Shown: one piece after another, positions 35,870-42,955 of the stretch | Position numbering within the stretch: the first letter of the stretch is position 1 | Layout: each line of letters starts with the position of its first letter | From: Octopus bimaculoides | Lineage: Eukaryota | Reading direction: 5' to 3' | DNA length: 42,955 bases | NCBI RefSeq assembly: GCF_001194135.2 | Contig: NC_068984.1 | Coordinates: 94,384,780-94,427,734 of the forward strand | The notes under the pieces: model-generated | What the model was told of the DNA's origin: nothing | What the model saw: the letters and a program-made list of their open reading frames with translations, nothing else | Database searches by the model: none | Translations under genes and position numbers: made by a program

Positions 35870-37550
35870 TTGTTACCTTTGTTTACCTACCAATGCAAGT
35901 GTTCGATCCAGTGACCTGTGATTACTATTGATTTAGTAAACAGAGTGGAAGACTCCTTTGAAAGCAAAGGAGTTGATGTGGAGCTCTTAGGTCCATAAGC
36001 TCGCTTCATAAGATGGTAAAACATTTTGCTGTCATTTGCATCAGCAGCAGCCTGAACATCACAAGCAAGATCCTCTCACTAAGTGTTCTGCATCTTCCTG
36101 AGAGATCGCTGCAGTAGTGATTTTACACTGCTATAGTGGGCAAGTGCTAGACTTCGCTGCACAATAGACAGTTCTCTGTGTAGCAATACATTGTGGGCAT
36201 GGCACTTTACCATCCATAGTCGCTGAACTTCAGCATCATTTTCATCAAACCAGTCTCTGTGTCTGGCAGTAGCATATCCCAGTATTTCAGCTGCACATTG
36301 AAGAACCTGGTCTTGAAAAATCTTCCCATGCTGCAGTATTTTCAATGCTGGACAAGCGAGTCTGAAGCTCTTTCCTAACCACAACATCATATACCTTGTG
36401 GACATTTAGATGGCAAGGAATGCTGACTGGTCCTCTTCTCTCTTTCACTCTAATCATCATTTGGAACTTTGCTTGCACCAGACTATGGTCCGTCCAGCAT
36501 TCCGATCCATGAAAGGACTTGACATTACAAATGTCATAGATGTCGCACTTGCAGATGATAACATAATTCAGCAAGTGCCAAACTTCAGACTTTGGATGCA
36601 TCCACATTGTTGTGTGATTACCTTTGTGCATAAAATGAGTGCTTGCGATGTAAAGTTCATGTTCTTCGCAAAGCTCCAGTAGCATGAGACCGTTGCTATT
36701 CATTTTCCCTACTCAAAAACGTCCTACAGATTTCCATGTTTGCCAGTCTGTTCCAACCCTGGCATTAAAATTCCCCAGTAGAATGACTTTATCAGAATTG
36801 GGGATTTTTCTAAGTATGGCTCTCAGCTGGGTATAAAAGATTGTTTTATCTTCATAACAGCTAGTCAAAGTAGGTGCATAGGCACTTATTAGAGTAGCAA
36901 ACTGCCTACCTTTCAAGCGCAACCGTAGAGTCATTATACATTCATTTATAGGAACAGGGAGCTCTTCCAGCTTCTTAAGGATATCAGATTGAACTGTTAA
37001 ACCAACACCAGCTTTTCTGCACTCCTCCTTCTGCCTTCCCTTCCAAAAAAAGGTGTATCCACCTCCTACTTCCTCAGGATGACCATCACCTGCTATACGA
37101 GTCTCTGAGAGTGCAGCTATATCAATGTTATAACGGTTCAGCTCACGACCAACAAGTGCAGTGCATCTTTCAGGCCTACAATCACTCTTGTTGCCCAACA
37201 GAGTGCGCACATTCCAACAAGAAATGTTTAAGTTCAGTCCAGATTTTATAAATAAAAGACTGTTTTTTGAGCACAGCGTGGACATCCATCATTCGCGCTA
37301 AACTGACCAGATACAGAAAGACAGGCAATTTTTGGTTCACCTTTTCTAAAACCTCCCCGGCCTCCGGGTGAGCAGTGCCCTCTCCAAATGGAGCTGCTCA
37401 GACACCCATGCAGCATCCAAATCCTACCGCTGTCTTGGGCAACATGAGGATGACTATATATCTAGCATGGGCCGCCTACGTGCAGGTCGCTGACTACATG
37501 CGTCCAACCTGTCAGGTCTGCATGCTTCACCACCTTCCCATTGCCGCTTC
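35870..37550 (-). mobile_element. RTE-clade LINE 5' part (APE endonuclease)
   Basis: LNISCWNVRTLL...RPERCTALVGRELNRYNIDIAALSETR...GYTFFWKG...LISAYAPT...ILLGNFNARVG, then NSNGLMLLELC...WMHP...SECWTDH and RHRDWFDENDAEV. Confidence 0.9.
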
Positions 37551-38049
37551 CGAATAAAAAAAATACTAAAGACATATAAATATATACTAAAAATGAAGAA
37601 AATATATATCAAAATAAGATATATATGTACTAAAAATAAGATATATATATCGGGGTAAAAAAAAATGCACATATCAAGCAGAGGTCGGCAATGCCTGTGC
37701 AGAGTTTCAGGTCCAATGAGGATTGCACAACACCTCATAGATCCTATCCACTTTTTTGACATTATCCAGAGACAAGCCAGAGCAAGATGTCTGGTGCCAA
37801 TATGAGTCGCAGGTTCAGAGATGTAGAAGTGCCGTGATCTCTAGCACAAACCAAAGATCCCCAAAATGTTCAATGCCATTCCCTGCATATCTGGTTTTAT
37901 ATCAGAGTGACCTTCTTCAACAGAAGCTGAAGGGTGCCTCACTCCCAATGGTCTTTCAGCACGCCGGACACCATCCTGGAATTTCTGCGTACCCGTGCTA
38001 TTGCTAGATAGCCATTGAGCCTGCACTAGGTCCATCCGAGCTTTCAGAT

Positions 38050-38080
<31 letters not shown>

Positions 38081-38243
38081 AACACACACTCACATATATA
38101 TATATATGCATATATGTATATATATACATATATATATATATATNNNNNNNNNNNNNNNNNNNNNNNNNNNNNNNNNNNNNNNNNNNNNNNNNNNNNNNNN
38201 NNNNNNNNNNNNNNNNNNNNNNNNNNNNNNNNNNNNNNNNNNN

Positions 38244-41200
38244 AGCTTGTCCGGATCGGGGAGACATGTTATACCAGAAAACTGCTTCCAGCGGCGAAAT
38301 GTGCCCTCTTTCCGCTATGGCCTTGATTGTCCAATGGTGTCTCTCTATGATTCCGTTACCGCTCAGCCTATATGCTACTCTGAACAAGCGACGCACTTTC
38401 CACCGGTCTAGCATATCCCTCAACACTTCCAAACGAAACGCCGACCCGATGTCCATTAGCAGTTCTTCTATGGGACCCTTCTCTAAAAATATCCCGTTCA
38501 AAATGTGCGCAATCTCGTCAGCAATGCCCATCTTAACTCCTTCCAAATGGCTATCCGGCCTGCAGTTGACCATGGAGAGATACATTCCCTGATGGCAGTG
38601 CGTCACATCCATGGCTAGTCTCTCCCAGTTGTGCTCCACTGAAAGGTTTCCTTGCTCATGCCCACATGGAGTAGGGTCAATGGACTGGAACCTTTCACAG
38701 CTCCCGACCACTTTCAGGATGCTTCTCCTAGTGACGTCAGCATCAATCAACTTCGCGAGATACAGAGTCCTATCCACCCCCAAGTGATGCATAGCATGTA
38801 GTCTCTTNNNNNNNNNNNNNNNNNNNNNNNNNNNNNNNNNNNNNNNNNNNNNNNNNNNNNNNNNNNNNNNNNNNNNNNNNNNNNNNNNNNNNNNNNNNNN
38901 NNNNNNNNNNNNNNNNNNNNNNNNNNNNNNNNNNNNNNNNNNNNCCGCGGCACCTTTTGTCTGAACTCTCCTCTCACTGGTGATCACCGATCCTACCCAG
39001 GCGAGCACAGTGGCCAAATCCGTCTGGATTTCGATTGAGCGCAGCCCCCATTTCAGGGGTAGTTCACCCCATTCAGCACTGCGTCTAACTTGGCGACATT
39101 GATGTGGTTAAAGTCGTCTGCTTTCCGAAGCCAGGCCAAGTCCTCCACCTCAGCACCTTCGATCTCCAACACAACCCCTATCACTATACTGCTAGCATCA
39201 CACCAAACGGTCCCACATTCCGTCTTGGGCACATACCAGTTCCCCTGACCGGGTCTTCCGCTCTCGTCTTCTCTAGGATTTCCCGCATCATTGCCACCGT
39301 CCCCTCTCCCATCTTGTCAATCCAACTCTCCCCCTCTGCTTGTCTCTTGGCATGCTGTGCACAGCCATCCAGCGATCGGGTAGTGACCTACCAACTTCTC
39401 ACACACCGAGAACAGCTCTCTCCTGCTGACACTGGAACTCAGCTTTGGGATTTTATTTCCTCTCCAGAACACCAACTCAACTGATCTATCTCTTCATAGC
39501 TTCAGCCCCAGTGCAGCTTCCCCCGCCATCGACTCCAGTGGCTTCGCAATCAGCCCGAACTTCTCCAGATGTCTCACTACCTCAGTGGCTGGCACTACAG
39601 TCTCGTCCACCAAAATGTCGTCTATGTAAGAACTGGTGGCCTTTCTTATCTTGTCCTCTTTCCCTAGGATGGACTTGAGCACCATCACCATGATCTTCGG
39701 AGCAGAATTCAGTCTGAAACCCAGCCTGGTTAAACAGTACATCCGGGCCTTGTACCGCACCAGCTGATATCGCCACAGTTTGTCACTCACATGGAGCTGC
39801 AAATATGCCGACTTCAAGTCGACATTCATCACTGCCTTGGTCGACTGTCTCCACACACGTAACGTCTCGCCTCCCGTGTGGAACGATATATGGTCATTCA
39901 GTTCTCTAAAGTCCAGCACCGGTCTGACTTTTCCCTTCGTCGACTGCATCACCGTCATCAGAGGTAGTACTCCGCTCACCACCTCCTCCTTCCACGGGAT
40001 AAGGACTCCTTCCTTGATCCATCTCTCTACCTCGTCTTTGAACTTGACCCTGGCGTGACCTTTCAGGGTACACTGGTAGCACCTCACCCTGTTCTTCAGC
40101 ATTGGGAACTCGTCTTTCCCTTGCCACTCTATCATCCACCGCCGACCATTGAACACCACAAGAAAATCCTTGTCCTCAACGGTGCAAGCAGTGCAGTCCC
40201 TCATGGAGCCCTGCTCTCTCTGGCGAACCTGACTCATAGCACACAACGCTCCCATGCTTCTGAACGTGACCTCATCTCCTCCAATCCTAACACCACCGAG
40301 GCAGTTGATGGCATCCATTCCCATCACCACATCAATCCCGTCTATCACATGTTCGATCACAATTACCTGCAGCCTTAGCATCGCGCCTCACACCGCTATC
40401 TGTACATTGCTGCTGCCCTTGCATCGGATTTCACCACCGTTGACCGCCTGGACGCTACTTGCCCCATTCCATTTCTTCGTCACCCTTGGAGTCATGAGGG
40501 TGGTCGTGCAACCCGTATCCACAAGGGCCTTGAATGTCTTCCCCTCGGCCTCGACATTAATTATGGGCAGCATCTCCACAAGTGCCTCTACTTTGCGGGG
40601 AAAGTTCAAGAGGCAGCAACTTCCCCACGGTCGTTTCCCTGGTCGCAATCACGGGCGATGTGCCCTGTCTGCCTGCATCGATAGCAGACGGGCCCTGGTT
40701 GCATACACTTCCTTGCCATGTGCGACCCCTGACATTTAAAACACCGGCCTGAGAATGGCCGCTGTTGCTGCATGGTAAGCTTCTTTGTGTCTTTCTCCGG
40801 CCGTCATCCGTAATTATGCGCCTCCGTTACCGCCTTCCGTCCAGTGTTTCATGTCAACATGCGAGCTTGAGCTACAAGTTCGCTCAGCGCCATCTTTTTG
40901 CCCCCGGAAAATTGTTGCAGTCGAATCCTCACGTCGTCAGGGAACCCACTTACGAACTGCAGTCGCGTTGCTCTGTCCAGGCCTTCTCCCGTAAACCCAG
41001 TCAGCGTGGTCAGCCTATGCACCTTCGTCGCGTATTCATCCACTTGCTCTCCCATCCATCTAATCGTTCCCAGCTTAACAAAGGCTCTATACTCACACTC
41101 AGTGTAAGCCTCTCTCAGACGTCGCTCAATCTTCTCCTTGCTCAGTCGTTCTTCTTCGTCCATCTTGAGATACAGAGTTAACGTGCTCCCTTCCAAATAT

Positions 41201-41636
41201 AGTGCCATAAGGCTCTCCACGTCGCTAATGCCTTGCAATCTCACCACAAGCCTGATTTTACGCATCCAGGCCACTACATCACCATTAAAGGGCCTGATAA
41301 CGTTGCTGGCGATCCTAATTTTAGCTGCCATCGTGGTGATGTCTTATGTGGAGCGTCAAAATAGCTTGTAGTGAATGCGGGAGATTAGAAGTAAGACACC
41401 TACTTTCTCTTCGCTGGCGCAGAAATGTCGGGTGGTAACGCATCCTTCCAGAAACGCTAAAAATAGCAGCTGCTTTCCCTCACCTTGACGAAGCAGATAC
41501 GTCCTGCACTCACGGCTCCCCCGACCGAAAAGGGCGCAATCTTCCTCGACCAGTGTGCACGTCACTTGTGCGCCCTTCCTCTTCCGGTCAGCTCCCCAGT
41601 TCCAGTCAGTTCCCCAGCCACTGACGTCATCCCATA
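38244..41636 (-). mobile_element. Ty3/Gypsy LTR retrotransposon, decayed, 3' LTR missing
   Basis: Gag at 41331-40849; CCHC knuckle CYRCRQTGHIARDC; protease ALVDTGC; RT RPVLDFRELN, DLKSAYLQ and YIDD (39628-39617); integrase GNGIIERHH. Confidence 0.92.
41367..41636 (-). repeat. Probable 5' LTR of the Gypsy element
   Basis: GC-rich block upstream of gag, bounded on the + strand by TGTAG at 41367 and CCCATA at 41636 (a decayed TG...CA). No canonical PBS was recognised. Confidence 0.55.
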
Positions 41637-41950
41637 ATGTTGACCTTCCTAAACATGAAATTATATGATAGTTCCAGCCCTAAATAAATTTAATGAGAAA
41701 TACTGGAATTTCAGATAGAAGAAATTAAAATATAGTTATGAATAAAAGGTGTGTAGATTATTAATTTTGATTGAAGAGTACTTGAAACAAAAAGTTGCGG
41801 GAGGCCTCTAAAAGTCATGCAATGGCCCTGCTCATAACCATTCAATATTAAAAAAAAAAAAACTTATATGCTTGTAATTAAATATTATTAGGAACCAGCT
41901 GTCTCCATGCCATCAAAAATGATGGCTAATTGTAGTATTTTATATATAAA

Positions 41951-42174
41951 CTAGCAGTATAATCCGACCTTGTCCGGGTGTGACTTATTACACCATCTAC
42001 GATAAGTCTTGCCAGGGGAAAATCAACTAAAAAAGAAAGCCTTACAACGAAAAAACCCGTATGATGTAAATATGTTCATAATTCAAAAGACGATGAAATT
42101 AATAGGGAAAGTCTGAAGGCTGTTTTGCGTAAAATTATTAAGCGTACGTAAATTTCATCCGTGTAATTGGCTAT
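41951..42174 (-). mobile_element. Helitron 3' end
   Basis: Reverse-complement copy of 18870-19091, ending ACCCGGACAAGGTCGGATTATACTGCTAG|T. Confidence 0.75.
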
Positions 42175-42539
42175 ACAAATGCTTGTGCAAAACAACTTTT
42201 TGCGCTGCCTTGATTATACGTAGCAGAGCAATCCCTTTTCGCAGGAGCTAGGACAGCAATTTGTGATGAAGCAATTGCTGGCAATCTGTTTGTACACAGT
42301 TTTGCCAGAATTCTATCAGATTGGGAAGAAGATGTTGATGCACCATTTTGCATTATGTTCAAAGTAGCTTCTGGAATGTGGCGAATTGCTGCAGTCTGTT
42401 AGTGTCATTTTAAACCAGTTGCTGTCTTTCCCCAGCAAACTCTCTTCTTTGGAGGCATAAGAACAACAAAAGTTATAATAGATGGCAGGGTCGGTACTTT
42501 TCACATATCTGTAATTTTTCAGATTAACATCCACACGAT

Positions 42540-42670
42540 TACCCAACCCTAATCCTAAACCTAATCCTTACACTAACCCTAACACTAACCCTAAACCCTA
42601 ACCCTAAAACCATAACCGTAACACTAATCCTAACCATAACCCTAACCCCTAACCCTGACCCTAAAACCCT
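42540..42670 (+). repeat. Degenerate (TAACCC)n telomere-like array
   Basis: About 20 imperfect CCCTAA units. Confidence 0.85.
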
Positions 42671-42823
42671 AGTGAAAATCGTGTTATATTTACAAAACAT
42701 TGACGAACATGAGTTATATTTCACTGAATGATTGTGTACTTGCACGTGTATGCATTTGAGAGAGCGAGAGAGGAAGAGGTATAGAGAGAGGGGGAGAAGG
42801 GAATAGAGGTAGTTAAAAGTTTT

Positions 42824-42955
42824 CTTATGACAGCTTCTCTTCACTGCCTATTACTTCATTAGAAATCTATGGATGCACTTACGCACATAATAGAGAAAAA
42901 TGAAACAAATATGGACGACTTGCTCCGAAACACCACCAAATGGGGAACACTTCTC
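42824..42955 (+). mobile_element. Second copy of the Merlin right subterminal/TIR region, running off the window
   Basis: Near-identical to about 17782-17905. Confidence 0.85.

Noticed and set aside
1-42955. CRISPR arrays, rRNA or prokaryotic operons
   Set aside because: No regularly spaced repeat-spacer array or dense intact ORFs were seen; the sequence is eukaryotic repeat DNA.

Overview
Eukaryotic, AT-rich, microsatellite- and gap-rich DNA made almost entirely of nested transposon relics. The tRNA-derived SINE families resemble those of octopus, so the taxon is inferred to be a cephalopod. The main discovery is a complete but decayed RAG1-like (RAG1L/Transib-type) DNA transposon at 1972-5502. 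It has heptamer-like TIRs (CACATTG / CACACTG, versus the RSS heptamer CACAGTG) and a 5-bp TSD, and it splits a Tigger/pogo transposase in frame. Its pseudogene keeps an NBD-like segment, the D-D-E triad, the CxxC and HxxxxH zinc ligands, a RAG1-length CxxC-to-LH spacer and a C-terminal Cx2Cx3GH tail. No RAG2-like gene is visible. The window also contains maT, Tc1, Merlin and hAT/Buster DNA transposons, Helitrons (one with an OTU domain), two Penelope-like elements with hammerhead-like relics, CR1-like and RTE LINEs, a Gypsy LTR element and SINEs. Other features are a 282-bp hairpin, a recursive-splice-like motif and weak candidate host exons. All protein assignments come from manual translation and remembered family motifs; no database searches were run.
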